Notes: generated by a model not told the origin, from the letters alone. DNA of 64,000 nt from Proteiniphilum sp. (GCF_034927365.1 NZ_JAYFQD010000010.1:160142-224141), one strand, 5' to 3'; shown: positions 28,699-39,455, numbered from the stretch's first letter. A program made the numbers and translations.

Positions 28699-30399
28699 TT
28701 ACAATTTTTCTCCTTCCATATCTTTCACATTACCATTACCATTCTTTGCCAATACCGAGACTGTACACGTAGCAGTTTTATTCCCGTCTAGCGTGGTAAC
28801 GGTAATCACGGCTGTACCGGCTTTCTTTGCAGTCACTTTACCTCCTGCATCAACAGTAGTTATGGTCGCATCCGACGACTTCCATGTTACCGATTTATTA
28901 CCGGCATTGAAGGGAGAAACGGTAGCAGTGAGAGTGAAACTTTCACTTTCAATTACCGTTTTGGTTGTTGGACTTACCGTTATTCCTGTGACCGAAATTA
29001 TTTTTTTAGCCACTATAACTGTACACTCGGTAGTTTTACCGGTTTTGGTATCGGTAACCGCTACTGTGGTATTTCCTTCTGCCACACCCTTCACTGTTAA
29101 AGTATTTCCATTGACGGTTGCCGTTGCCACTTCCGTATTATTGGATTCAGCCGTATAACTACCGGTTCCTTCAGTTACGGTTATCTCTACGCTTTCTCCT
29201 TCTGTAATGGCTATTGACTGCTTTTCGAGTTGTGGAGCAGATAGGGGTGGATAGAGCCTGTTAATAAATTCTATGTCTTTTTCAGTGAATCGTTCGCGTT
29301 GTGGATAAAAGCTAGTTCCATCCAATTTAGTCATTGTAAATTTATTGGGATCGGCAGCAAATGCCCTCGAATGATAACACATTAAAGAATTAAAATCGAA
29401 ACCTTCAGTGTATTGCCCTTTGGATAGCCAGATATCAAAATTGTGTTCTTTTCCTTTGATGATATTTTCTTTTATAACTATGATATAGTCGTCACGGTCG
29501 GGCTTTGATTGCTCATGTAATAATCCAAGCGCATGCCCTATTTCATGAGCTATATTTCCGGCCGTGCCCCAAGTATCTATCACTATTTCCTGTTCACCTC
29601 CAATCATACCAATCCACGAATAGCAACCTTTCTCAGGAATATATTTAAACAAAATGTAATTGGTTTCCGTATTCCTCTCTTTAAAGACGATATGGGTTTT
29701 ATCGAAGAGTTTAATGGCGTCCGATATCCGCTGTTTTTCCGGAAAATTGGGATCAATGGCATAATAAATAATATTATCCGGCCATCGTGCCGGTTCATAG
29801 TCAATAGCAGCCGCTCTAAGCAATATTTGAGGATCTATTAATATATCTCCTTGGTAAAATAATTTACCTTCAATTTTGGTGCATTGTAAAAGTACTCCTC
29901 CAATGGAAACGGTAACCACCTCTCCTTTTACCCCAGGATAAGCCTGCTCAGTGCCTCTCAGTGTTTCCAGTTCCTGTAACTTTACGGTTTTCACTTCTCC
30001 GTAACCGGTTCCGGCCGAATTGGAGGCATAAGCCCTCACATAATAGGTGGTTTCAGGTATCAGTCTTTCGATGCTCCCCGAAAAGAAACCGGTTCCCGAA
30101 CCATCGATAGTTTTGCTATCGGATATAGTGGGATTTTTGTGAGTAGCATAACAGATACCTCTTCCTACTACAGTTGCTCCACCATCATCGGTAATATTGG
30201 CTTCGTAATCAAATGAACCGGTAGTGATCGAGGTGATCAATCCGATCGTCACTGTTGGTTCAGTCGCCACTATCGAATTATCCGGCTCTTTAGGTTCTTC
30301 AGGTTTTGTAGGATCCATAATAATATCGGCTGGATCTTCTTTACAAGCGGCCAATAACATAATTACCACAAACATCAAAATATATAAAAAATGTTTCAT
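28699..30399 (-). CDS. astacin-like (M12A) zinc metalloprotease lipoprotein with C-terminal Big_2 Ig-like domains
   Basis: HEIGHALGLLHEQSKPDRDDYI matches the astacin signature HExxHxxGxxHEQSRxDRDxY. Lipobox LLAAC. Two C-terminal Big_2-like repeats (ITVSPTTKTV...VTWKSSD...AGTAVITVTT). Confidence 0.8.
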   Translation of the reverse strand: MKHFLYILMFVVIMLLAACKEDPADIIMDPTKPEEPKEPDNSIVATEPTVTIGLITSITTGSFDYEANITDDGGATVVGRGICYATHKNPTISDSKTIDGSGTGFFSGSIERLIPETTYYVRAYASNSAGTGYGEVKTVKLQELETLRGTEQAYPGVKGEVVTVSIGGVLLQCTKIEGKLFYQGDILIDPQILLRAAAIDYEPARWPDNIIYYAIDPNFPEKQRISDAIKLFDKTHIVFKERNTETNYILFKYIPEKGCYSWIGMIGGEQEIVIDTWGTAGNIAHEIGHALGLLHEQSKPDRDDYIIVIKENIIKGKEHNFDIWLSKGQYTEGFDFNSLMCYHSRAFAADPNKFTMTKLDGTSFYPQRERFTEKDIEFINRLYPPLSAPQLEKQSIAITEGESVEITVTEGTGSYTAESNNTEVATATVNGNTLTVKGVAEGNTTVAVTDTKTGKTTECTVIVAKKIISVTGITVSPTTKTVIESESFTLTATVSPFNAGNKSVTWKSSDATITTVDAGGKVTAKKAGTAVITVTTLDGNKTATCTVSVLAKNGNGNVKDMEGEKL

Positions 30400-30641
30400 T
30401 TTTGGATTATTGAAAATAAAATCTGTAATATAATTCTCTCTAACTCGGACAAATCAACAAGCAAATGATTATTCGACAAATTTACGCTTATTCTATTTCA
30501 TTGACTTAAAAGTTAACATTTATTTTTCTCCTGATTGATATATTTAAGAGAAAAGAGAGCATTCTACCTATAATTACCGCCATTTCATTTTACGCATTCC
30601 AAAATCTAAAATTTAATTTAAGAACTAATCGTTCATTTACA

Positions 30642-30649
30642 ATTAATTT
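30642..30649 (+). promoter_or_regulatory. Bacteroidetes sigma-A -7 element (TAnnTTTG) upstream of the yqiJ-like/flotillin operon
   Basis: TAATTTTG about 30 bp upstream of the 30680 ATG, in a 280-bp AT-rich divergent region. Confidence 0.35.
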
Positions 30650-30679
30650 TGTATCTTTGAGCATTAAAGATCAATATTT

Positions 30680-31249
30680 ATGGAATTCCTACAAAATGCC
30701 GAACCTTTGTTGCGAATCTTTTGGTATATCGCAGCTCCTGTTACCGTGATATTTATTATCCAGACAATTCTTACGTTCGTAGGTGGAGACTCCATGGATG
30801 GAGTGGATGCCGATTTCGAGGGTGATCTGAGTGGCGGAGATGCTCCGTTTCAACTTTTCTCGCTTCGGAATCTTATTAATTTCCTGCTCGGCTACGGTTG
30901 GGCCGGGATCGCTTTTTACAATCTCATTCCTAACAAACCGATACTGATCATAGTAGCTGTCATCGTCGGGATCTTGTTTGTGGCTATCTTCTTTATGATC
31001 GTCAAGGTATTCCTGAGATTGGCTGAAGATAATTCATTCAAGATGCAGGATGCGCTCCACAAAACAGCCGAGGTATATCTGACCATCCCGGCAAGCCGCA
31101 CGGGGAAAGGAAAAATACTGATTAGCGTAGGTGGTTCATTACGAGAACTGGATGCTATGACCGACGAGAAGGAATCCATCCACTCGCGATCGACCGTGAA
31201 AATCATCAAAATTGAAAATAACAATATTCTCATAGTAGAAAAAATCTAA
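30680..31249 (+). CDS. YqiJ/NfeD-like small membrane protein (flotillin operon partner)
   Basis: Two TM helices followed by a C-terminal OB-like segment GKGKILISVGGSLRELDAMTDEK..STVKIIKIE. Directly precedes the flotillin gene, as in the E. coli yqiJK arrangement. Confidence 0.55.
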   Translation: MEFLQNAEPLLRIFWYIAAPVTVIFIIQTILTFVGGDSMDGVDADFEGDLSGGDAPFQLFSLRNLINFLLGYGWAGIAFYNLIPNKPILIIVAVIVGILFVAIFFMIVKVFLRLAEDNSFKMQDALHKTAEVYLTIPASRTGKGKILISVGGSLRELDAMTDEKESIHSRSTVKIIKIENNNILIVEKI

Positions 31250-31256
31250 ATGTATT

Positions 31257-32744
31257 ATGACAGCTGAAACTCTATCATCGCCTATGTTTTTAATTATTGT
31301 ACTTGCAGTAGTAGTTTTCGTAACCATTCTGGCGCTGGCATCGCGCTTTAAAAGATGTCCTTCAGATAAGATACTGGTCGTCTACGGACGCACCGGTGGA
31401 ACATCGGCCCGATGTATCCATGGAGGGGGTGCTTTTATATGGCCTGTCATCCAGGACTTCGCTTTCCTCGACCTGAAACCCTTGTCGATTGAGGCCAACC
31501 TCACCAACGCATTGAGCCGACAGAATATCCGTGTGGATGTACCTTCACGCTTTACCATCGCCATCTCCTCGGAACCGGAATTGATGAATACCGCTGCAGA
31601 AAGGTTACTCGGACTCACTCCCGACAAAATCAGGGAACTAGCCTCCGATATCCTTTTCGGTCAGTTACGTCTGGTAATCGCCACCATGTCTATTGAAGAG
31701 ATCAACTCCGACCGTGATAAGTTCCTTGAAGCCATCTCCAAAACGGTGGACTCCGAATTGAAGAAAGTGGGATTAAAACTTATCAACGTGAACGTAACCG
31801 ACATCAGGGATGAATCGGGATATATTGAAGCATTGGGTAAGGAAGCCGCTGCCAAAGCTATTAACGAAGCCAAAATAAGCGTGGCCGAACAGGAAAAGAT
31901 CGGTGAAACCGGGAAGGCCATAGCCGATAAAGATCGCGAAGTGAGTATTGCAGCGGCCAGAAAAGACGAATCGATCGGAAAAGCCGAAGCTGATAAGCTG
32001 ATGCGTATAAAAACATCGGAAGCCAATGCCACAGCGGTACAAGGTGAAAACGAGGCAAAGATCACCATCGCTCAGTCCGATGCATCCCGCCGTGAGAAAG
32101 AAGCCGAAGCGGCGCGCCTTGCCGTAGCCGCAGAAAAAGTACAACAGGCCAAAGCCTTGGAAGAGGCCTATTCTGCAGAACAAAAAGCGGAAAATGCCCG
32201 TGCGGAACGGGAGCGTTCTACCGAAACAGCTAATATCGTGGTGCCCGCTGAAATTGCCAAACAGAAAGCCATCATCGACGCACAAGCCGAAGCCGAACGT
32301 ATTCGTGTACAGGCAAAAGGAGAAGCCGATGCCATCTTTGCCAAGATGGATGCTGAAGCGCGCGGTCTATTCGAAATACTGAATAAACAAGCCTTGGGAT
32401 ACAGGGATGTTGTTGCCGCCGCCGGTGGTGATCCCGACAAAGCTTATCAGTTGCTGATGATCGAAAAACTGCCTGAATTAATCAAGACACAGGTAGAGGC
32501 TGTGAAGAATCTCAAGATCGATAAGGTGACCGTTTGGGATTCAGGCAATAACCAGAATGGGAAAGGCTCTACTGCCAACTTCCTATCTGGACTGATGAAA
32601 ACCATTCCCCCACTCGACGACCTGTTCAATATGGCCGGAATGAACCTCCCCAATTATCTGAAAGGGGAGGACCGCCCGGAGATAATTCCTGTAGAAGAAG
32701 GAACGGAAACGGGAAACGCAACAGAAAAAAAACAGGAAAATTAA
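31257..32744 (+). CDS. flotillin-family SPFH/band-7 protein
   Basis: N-terminal TM. SPFH core. Long E/A/K-rich coiled-coil (AEAEAARLAVAAEKVQQAKALEEAYSAEQKAENARAERE...). 495 aa. Confidence 0.85.
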   Translation: MTAETLSSPMFLIIVLAVVVFVTILALASRFKRCPSDKILVVYGRTGGTSARCIHGGGAFIWPVIQDFAFLDLKPLSIEANLTNALSRQNIRVDVPSRFTIAISSEPELMNTAAERLLGLTPDKIRELASDILFGQLRLVIATMSIEEINSDRDKFLEAISKTVDSELKKVGLKLINVNVTDIRDESGYIEALGKEAAAKAINEAKISVAEQEKIGETGKAIADKDREVSIAAARKDESIGKAEADKLMRIKTSEANATAVQGENEAKITIAQSDASRREKEAEAARLAVAAEKVQQAKALEEAYSAEQKAENARAERERSTETANIVVPAEIAKQKAIIDAQAEAERIRVQAKGEADAIFAKMDAEARGLFEILNKQALGYRDVVAAAGGDPDKAYQLLMIEKLPELIKTQVEAVKNLKIDKVTVWDSGNNQNGKGSTANFLSGLMKTIPPLDDLFNMAGMNLPNYLKGEDRPEIIPVEEGTETGNATEKKQEN

Positions 32745-32751
32745 TTTCCAA

Positions 32752-32790
32752 AAAAACCCCTCGCCTATCGACGAGGGGTATTTTTTTACA
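32752..32790. terminator. bidirectional Rho-independent terminator between convergent genes
   Basis: aaaaaaaCCCCTCGcctatcgaCGAGGGGtattttttt: A-run, 7-bp GC stem, T-run. Confidence 0.7.
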
Positions 32791-32809
32791 GATAAGAAAG
32801 GATTATATT

Positions 32810-33892
32810 TTAGGGAATGCGGTAGACAATACTGTTGATATTCATGCCGGCTCCAACCGAGGCTAATACAATATTATCGCCACTTTTTATCGTTTGTCCT
32901 TTCATTCCACCACGTGTAACGATGTCGAGCAGAGTAGGCACAGTAGCTACCGACGAATTTCCCAACCAGGATATGGTCATCGGCATAATATGCTGGGGTA
33001 CCTCTTTAAGATCGTACAAATGGAACAAACGCTTCAGGATAGCGTCATCCATCTTCCCATTTGCCTGATGGATCAATACCTTGCTCACTTCGTTTATATG
33101 TAACTTTAATTTATCAAGTCCGGCTTTAATGGCTTTCGGCACATTCTCAAGAGCATATTGGTAGAGCCGTCTTCCGTTCATCTTCAGAAAATAATCTTTT
33201 TTCTCAGCCAGTTCAGGATTATAAGAATATCCCAGACGAAGCATATTTGCATAGTCCAACGCATCACTGCGTGAATTATGTCCGATCACACCCACGGGAG
33301 AATCGCTCTCTCTCGCTTCCATGATGGCTGCTCCTGCACCATCTGCATAGATCATACTGTCACGATCGTGCGGATCGGAGATACGCGACAACACATCTGC
33401 CCCGACTACCAATATTTTCTTTGCATCACCCGAACGGATATAGTAATCGGCCTGAATCACCGCCTGTACCCATCCCGGACAACCATACAAAATATCATAT
33501 GCCACTGCTGACGGATTGGCAATACCCAACTTCTGCTTCAAACGTGCAGCCATTGTCGGCAACACATCTATCCGCATATTATCCACTGTGGTCTCTCCAA
33601 AATTATGGGCAAAAATGATATAGTCGAGTTCCTCCTTGTCTATTCCTGCATCCTCTATGGCCCTTTGAGATGCTATTAGTGCCAGATCGGAGGTTGACTC
33701 ATCATCGCCGGCATACCGACGCTCGGCGATAGTGGTTATTTCCTCAAATTTCCTCGTAATTTCCTCATTGGGTGTGGAAAGTTTCTCCCCAGTGGAATCA
33801 TAAAACTCGTAATTATGGAAAAATTCATTTTTTATCTGTTTGGCAGGGACATAACTGCCAGTTCCGGTAAAAATACTATAAAGCTTACTCAT
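32810..33892 (-). CDS. 3-oxoacyl-ACP synthase III family protein (FabH-like)
   Basis: Thiolase-fold. Active-site Cys context ILYGCPGW. C-terminal ACP_syn_III_C-like ...AGMNINSIVYR. 360 aa. Confidence 0.65.
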   Translation of the reverse strand: MSKLYSIFTGTGSYVPAKQIKNEFFHNYEFYDSTGEKLSTPNEEITRKFEEITTIAERRYAGDDESTSDLALIASQRAIEDAGIDKEELDYIIFAHNFGETTVDNMRIDVLPTMAARLKQKLGIANPSAVAYDILYGCPGWVQAVIQADYYIRSGDAKKILVVGADVLSRISDPHDRDSMIYADGAGAAIMEARESDSPVGVIGHNSRSDALDYANMLRLGYSYNPELAEKKDYFLKMNGRRLYQYALENVPKAIKAGLDKLKLHINEVSKVLIHQANGKMDDAILKRLFHLYDLKEVPQHIMPMTISWLGNSSVATVPTLLDIVTRGGMKGQTIKSGDNIVLASVGAGMNINSIVYRIP

Positions 33893-34045
33893 TGCGAATT
33901 ATTCTTTATTAACTTGACAACCTTACAACTTTTTAGACCTTCCAGATTCAATTAAATTGTACTATTAACAATATAGTTACTGTTAGGGGATACAAAAGTA
34001 CATGATTTTTTCTAAATAAACCACAAACGGGTAAAAATAACCCGC

Positions 34046-35353
34046 TTAATGGTTTTTCCCGGTCCCTTCAACCCCTTTGTTTATAACAGGACTGGAGATA
34101 TCCTCATACAGCTCAAGGTCGAAATACCGGGTTGCCGCTGTGACATGATCAAAGATATCCGACACAATTTCTTCATATTGCACCCAAGCAGTAGTAGAAG
34201 TAAAAAAATAAAGTTCGAGGGGAAGTCCCTTTGATGTGGGTTGTAACTGTCGCACAATCAACAGTAATTCCTTATGAACTCCAGGATGATTTTTCAGATA
34301 ATTTTTAACATACTGCCTGTAAAGTCCCATATTGGTCAGATTCCTGCCGTTAATAGATAGCGACTTGTCAACCCCCTTTTCCCGATTGTATTCATTAATA
34401 TCTTCACTTCTCGAATGGACATAATCAGTGATAAGCCCTATCTTTTCCAGTTCTTTCAACTCATCATCTTTTATAAACCTGATTGTGGACTGTTTCACAA
34501 AAACCGAACGCTTCAACCGTCTTCCACCGGTCTCCACCATACCGCGCCAGTTTTGGAACGACTCCGACACCAATGAATAAGGAGGGATAGTGGTGATGGT
34601 CTTATCGAAATTCCGGATCTTCACAGTAGTGAGTGATATTTCAAATACATCTCCGTCAGCATCATACTTGGGCATGGTAATCCAGTCACCAATACGTACC
34701 ATATCATTGGCCGAAACCTGGATACTGGCTACAAATCCCAGAATAGGATCTTTAAATACCAGCATCAGTACGGCAGAAAGTGCACCCAGTCCGGTTAAGA
34801 TATGTGCCGGTTTTTGTCCGGTAAGGATAGAGAAAAGGACGATAAAAGCGATACAGTAGAGTACAATTTTGATTACCTGAGCATAACTCTCCAATGGTTT
34901 ATCTCTCATCCTCGGTTTCGTGGAAAGCGTATCGAAAAACGCATTCAGTATAGACATGAGGAGCCATATCACATAAAATATCAGAAAAACATCTACCAGT
35001 TTAATGATAAAATCCATTGTCTTGGGGAACTGGTCAAAAATAATAGGAATAGAACCCTTCACCAGACTATAAGGTATCACCATCGCAAGAAAATGGGGGA
35101 AGCGTCTTTTAGCAAGATTTTTAGGGAATTCGGCTTGGGATATTTTCTCAAAGCGGATGAGGATATTCTTCAGGATAATACGGGTAAAGTATTGTAACAC
35201 AAATACCAGCACAATCAACACGATCAACAGGATGATCATATTAATATATTTAGCCCAACTATCGGTAACTCCAAAGTTTTTTAATAATTCAAGGGACCAA
35301 TCGCTAATAGCATTGGTCGAACGCGATATTTGCTGAATGTTTTCTTCGTTCAT
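34046..35353 (-). CDS. mechanosensitive ion channel (MscS family) protein
   Basis: TM region followed by the MscS beta-domain GDWITMP...GDVFEISLTTVKIRNFDKTITTIPPYSLVSESFQNW. The ORF frame extends to 35395. Confidence 0.75.
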   Translation of the reverse strand: MNEENIQQISRSTNAISDWSLELLKNFGVTDSWAKYINMIILLIVLIVLVFVLQYFTRIILKNILIRFEKISQAEFPKNLAKRRFPHFLAMVIPYSLVKGSIPIIFDQFPKTMDFIIKLVDVFLIFYVIWLLMSILNAFFDTLSTKPRMRDKPLESYAQVIKIVLYCIAFIVLFSILTGQKPAHILTGLGALSAVLMLVFKDPILGFVASIQVSANDMVRIGDWITMPKYDADGDVFEISLTTVKIRNFDKTITTIPPYSLVSESFQNWRGMVETGGRRLKRSVFVKQSTIRFIKDDELKELEKIGLITDYVHSRSEDINEYNREKGVDKSLSINGRNLTNMGLYRQYVKNYLKNHPGVHKELLLIVRQLQPTSKGLPLELYFFTSTTAWVQYEEIVSDIFDHVTAATRYFDLELYEDISSPVINKGVEGTGKNH

Positions 35354-35614
35354 AGGATTATCTATTTTTTTGTGAGCGAATACAGTACGCAGCACTTATC
35401 AGACAAAGATATAATTTTTAACTAAATTCCCCAAACTATTTCTCCCTTTTCCTTGGTATTCCCCCGTCCCCCAGTCTCCCTTATCATTTATCAGACGAAG
35501 CATCTCGTTTTTCAAAGAATAATCGTATATTTGCCAAGGCAGTTCGTACTCCGACATGAGTAGATGAAAGAATTGTTATCAAAATAATTATATCTAAATA
35601 ACTTAACGAGGAAT

Positions 35615-36817
35615 ATGGGAAAAGTACTGATCATCGGTGCCGGCGGTGTAGGAACAGTGGTGGCCAATAAAGTGGCGCAAAACAGTGATGTATTCACTGA
35701 TATTATGCTGGCAAGCCGTACCAAGAGCAAATGCGATGCGATTGCAGAAGATGTGAAACGTCGTACAGGTGTAGCGATACAAACAGCAAAAGTGGATGCC
35801 GACAGCGTACCAGAATTGGTCGAATTATTCAATGAATATAAGCCCGAATTGGTGATTAATGTTGCGTTGCCCTATCAGGATCTGACCATTATGGATGCCT
35901 GTCTCGAATGTGGCGTACATTATCTCGATACAGCCAATTATGAGCCGAAAGATGAAGCCAAGTTCGAGTACAGATGGCAGTGGGCCTATAAGGAGAAGTT
36001 CGAGAAAGCCGGATTGACAGCCATTCTTGGTTGCGGATTCGACCCCGGTGTGACAAGTATCTTTACCGCGTATGCCGTCAAACATCATTTCGATGAGATC
36101 CACTATCTCGATATCGTAGACTGTAATGCGGGTGATCACGGCAAAGCATTCGCAACCAACTTCAATCCGGAAATCAATATACGCGAGGTAACCCAAAAGG
36201 GCAAGTATTGGGAAAACGGACAATGGGTGGAAACCGAGCCACACGAGATCCATAAACCGCTAACCTACCCAGAAATCGGTCCTAAAGAATCGTATGTGAT
36301 CTATCACGAAGAGTTGGAATCGCTGGTGAAGAACTTTCCTACTCTCAGGCGGGCACGCTTCTGGATGACTTTCGGACAGGAGTACCTCACGCACCTGCGG
36401 GTGATACAGAACATCGGTATGGCACGTATTGACGAGGTGGAATACAACGGACAAAAAATCGTTCCTATCCAGTTTCTGAAAGCGGTACTCCCCGATCCGG
36501 GTGAACTGGGAGAGAACTACACGGGTGAAACGTCTATCGGTTGCCGTATAAAAGGTATGAAGGATGGTAAAGAACGCACCTACTATATTTATAATAATTG
36601 CAGCCACCAAGAGGCTTATAAAGAGACCGGCGCCCAGGGAGTAAGTTACACTACCGGTGTACCTGCTACGATTGGCGCGATGATGTTCATGCAGGGCATT
36701 TGGAAGAAACCGGGCGTATTCAACGTGGAAGAATTTAATCCGGATCCGTTCATGGAGCAACTTAACAAACAGGGATTGCCCTGGCACGAACAGTTCGACA
36801 TAGATCTGGAAGTATGA
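35615..36817 (+). CDS. saccharopine dehydrogenase family; probable carboxynorspermidine/carboxyspermidine dehydrogenase
   Basis: MGKVLIIGAGGVGTVVANKV Rossmann start. 400 aa, the typical CANSDH size and layout. Confidence 0.7.
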   Translation: MGKVLIIGAGGVGTVVANKVAQNSDVFTDIMLASRTKSKCDAIAEDVKRRTGVAIQTAKVDADSVPELVELFNEYKPELVINVALPYQDLTIMDACLECGVHYLDTANYEPKDEAKFEYRWQWAYKEKFEKAGLTAILGCGFDPGVTSIFTAYAVKHHFDEIHYLDIVDCNAGDHGKAFATNFNPEINIREVTQKGKYWENGQWVETEPHEIHKPLTYPEIGPKESYVIYHEELESLVKNFPTLRRARFWMTFGQEYLTHLRVIQNIGMARIDEVEYNGQKIVPIQFLKAVLPDPGELGENYTGETSIGCRIKGMKDGKERTYYIYNNCSHQEAYKETGAQGVSYTTGVPATIGAMMFMQGIWKKPGVFNVEEFNPDPFMEQLNKQGLPWHEQFDIDLEV

Positions 36818-36855
36818 CTGGCACCTTGCTTATAACGCTTGGTTATATCTCATGA

Positions 36856-36893
36856 AAAACGCGACAGGAAAAATAATTCCTGTCGCGTTTTAT
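36856..36893 (+). terminator. Rho-independent terminator
   Basis: aaaaCGCGACAGGaaaaataattCCTGTCGCGtttt. Confidence 0.7.
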
Positions 36894-36929
36894 ATAAATA
36901 ATAATTACTAATTAAAAAAGAACTCTATC

Positions 36930-38435
36930 ATGCAAAAAGTATTTTTAAAATCACAGCTCATTCTTATCCTTATTTTAATTCTCAGCGGATGTAAAGATGA
37001 ACAACCACCCGTTGAAGAAATTGTATTAAGTGGTGATAAAGAGCTACTGGAATATAAACTGGAAGCGTCACTCAATCCTGTTCTATCCGATGGAGATATC
37101 ATAGGAAAGATCCAGGGAGGGAAAATAGAACTGCAACTACCTTACGGACTTGATGTCACCAAACTGATTGCCACTTTTTCATACAAAGGAGAAAAGATTC
37201 TGGTCGGTGAAAAGGAACAGGTATCGCGCACCACACCTAATAACTTCAAGAATGCGGTTACCTATGCGATTATTGCTGAAGATGAAAGCAAAATCGAATA
37301 TAAAGTGACCATTACGTACTCTCCTCCCATTCCGCATATATACATTACTACTGAAAACGGAGTGGAGATCGCCACGAAAGATGACTATGTAAATGCCAAT
37401 GTCACCATCGAAGCCAATGGATGGGGAGAAGACTACTCGGGCAAAACACAGATCAAAGGTAGGGGTAACACTACCTGGGGCATGCCCAAGAAACCCTACC
37501 GTCTTAAACTGGATAAAAAATCGTCCCTACTCAATTTGGCAGAAGAAAAAGACTGGGTGCTTCTTGCGAATTACATCGATCCTACATTGATGCTCAATTC
37601 TGTAGCTTTCAAGATCGGGCAGATGATCGAACTGAAGTTCACCAATCATGCCATTCCCGTCGACCTGACCCTGAACGGCAAGTACGTAGGTAGTTACCTT
37701 TTCACTGAACAGGTTGAATTATCTTCAAGCCGGGTGAATATTAACGACAAAAAAGGAGTTTTATTGGAACTGGATACCAACTACGACGAAGATTTCAAAT
37801 TTTATTCCAATAACTATAAGTTACCTGTAATGGTAAAGGATCCCGACGTGGAATCCGATGAACAATTCCAACAGATCAAAAGCGATTTTCATCGGTTTGA
37901 AGATGCATTGGCATCACCATTGTTTCCCAACAACAACTACAAGGACTTTATAGATGTAGAATCAGTAGTTAAATTCCTGATTATCTATAATCTCACACAC
38001 AACATGGAGCTCAATCATCCCAAAAGCACTTATATGTATAAAGATGAAGGAGGTAAATATACAATGGGGCCGATTTGGGATTTCGATTGGGCTTACGGTT
38101 ACGAAGGGCCAATGAAGCACTTCACCACCCAGCGTCCATTTCTCGAGAAATTCGGTCATACAAATGCGACAGGCTATGATTTCTTTTCCCGTTTCTTAGA
38201 GGATCCCAAAGTTGTCCAATTATACAAAGATACCTGGAGGCAGTTTCATAGTACAAAGAAGAGAGAGCTACTTGATTATATTGATTGGTATGCAGACAGG
38301 ATAAAGGAATCGAAAAAGAATGATTACAACATATGGAAAAACGAAACTCCGTACTTTGAGAGTTCTGTCAGCGCGTTAAAGAAATGGCTCGAGGATAGAT
38401 TCCAATACATAGACGAAGAAGTATCTTCCCTTTGA
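36930..38435 (+). CDS. CotH kinase-family lipoprotein
   Basis: Lipobox LILSGCKDE. CotH core KKPYRLKLDKKSSLL...DWVLLANYIDPTLMLNSVAFKIG...GPIWDFDWAYG. 501 aa. Confidence 0.65.
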   Translation: MQKVFLKSQLILILILILSGCKDEQPPVEEIVLSGDKELLEYKLEASLNPVLSDGDIIGKIQGGKIELQLPYGLDVTKLIATFSYKGEKILVGEKEQVSRTTPNNFKNAVTYAIIAEDESKIEYKVTITYSPPIPHIYITTENGVEIATKDDYVNANVTIEANGWGEDYSGKTQIKGRGNTTWGMPKKPYRLKLDKKSSLLNLAEEKDWVLLANYIDPTLMLNSVAFKIGQMIELKFTNHAIPVDLTLNGKYVGSYLFTEQVELSSSRVNINDKKGVLLELDTNYDEDFKFYSNNYKLPVMVKDPDVESDEQFQQIKSDFHRFEDALASPLFPNNNYKDFIDVESVVKFLIIYNLTHNMELNHPKSTYMYKDEGGKYTMGPIWDFDWAYGYEGPMKHFTTQRPFLEKFGHTNATGYDFFSRFLEDPKVVQLYKDTWRQFHSTKKRELLDYIDWYADRIKESKKNDYNIWKNETPYFESSVSALKKWLEDRFQYIDEEVSSL

Positions 38436-38495
38436 TAAAATTCACTGCCCGAACTATTTTATTTTTATGGTAAAACCTTTCAGGAAGTAGTAAAA

Positions 38496-38503
38496 ATAGC
38501 TAT
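38496..38503 (+). promoter_or_regulatory. Bacteroidetes sigma-A -7 element (TATTTTTG) upstream of pyrB
   Basis: gcTATTTTTGtaatc about 25 bp upstream of the pyrB ATG. Confidence 0.35.
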
Positions 38504-38528
38504 TTTTGTAATCATAAATTCCATAAGG

Positions 38529-39455
38529 ATGAAATCCAAAAGTTTAGTCAATATAGGTGATTACGACAGAGACGATATCTATCGTATCCTCAAAAGCGCC
38601 TCCCGGTTCAAACAGAACCCGGATCGTAATTTGCTACAGGGAAAAGTGTGCGCCACTCTTTTTTTCGAGCCCTCTACACGTACACGTCTCAGTTTTGAGA
38701 CTGCGGTCAACCGCCTCCGTGGTCGTATCATTGGCTTTTCCGACTCGGCAACCAGCAGCTCTACCAAGGGAGAGTCGCTCAAAGACACTATTATGATGGT
38801 AAGCAATTATGCCGACCTCATCATCATGCGCCACCATCTGGAAGGATCGGCCCGTTATGCCTCCGAGATATCGCCCGTACCGGTGATCAACGCCGGCGAT
38901 GGTTCCAATCAGCATCCCACACAAACGATGCTCGACCTATTTACCATCTACGAAACGCAAGGAACACTCGAAAACCTCACGATTACTATCGTGGGTGACC
39001 TGAAATACGGCCGTGCAGTACATTCACTTATTCAGGGACTCTCCTACTTCAATCCCACGTTTAATTTCGTGGCACCTGAAGAGTTGCACATCCCCGATAA
39101 ATACAAGACATTCTGCGACAACAAAAATATTCCTTACAGGGAATTCAAGGAATTTTCTCCCGAAGCAATTAACAGTGCCGACATCCTATACATGACCCGC
39201 GTACAGAAAGAACGCTTTACCGACTTGATGGAGTATGAGAAAGTAAAGAACATTTACATCCTTCATAACCATATGTTGGAAGATTCCAAGAAGAATCTGA
39301 AAGTACTACATCCCCTCCCGAGGGTAAAAGAGATCGATCAGGACGTGGATGATAATCCGAAAGCATATTACTTTGAGCAGGCAAAAAATGGCATGTACAC
39401 TCGTCAGGCCATCATTTGTGATTTAATGGGAATCACAGATAATGTGTCAATGTGA
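38529..39455 (+). CDS. pyrB: aspartate carbamoyltransferase catalytic subunit
   Basis: [19 protein letters not shown] motifs. 308 aa. Confidence 0.93.
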   Translation: MKSKSLVNIGDYDRDDIYRILKSASRFKQNPDRNLLQGKVCATLFFEPSTRTRLSFETAVNRLRGRIIGFSDSATSSSTKGESLKDTIMMVSNYADLIIMRHHLEGSARYASEISPVPVINAGDGSNQHPTQTMLDLFTIYETQGTLENLTITIVGDLKYGRAVHSLIQGLSYFNPTFNFVAPEELHIPDKYKTFCDNKNIPYREFKEFSPEAINSADILYMTRVQKERFTDLMEYEKVKNIYILHNHMLEDSKKNLKVLHPLPRVKEIDQDVDDNPKAYYFEQAKNGMYTRQAIICDLMGITDNVSM

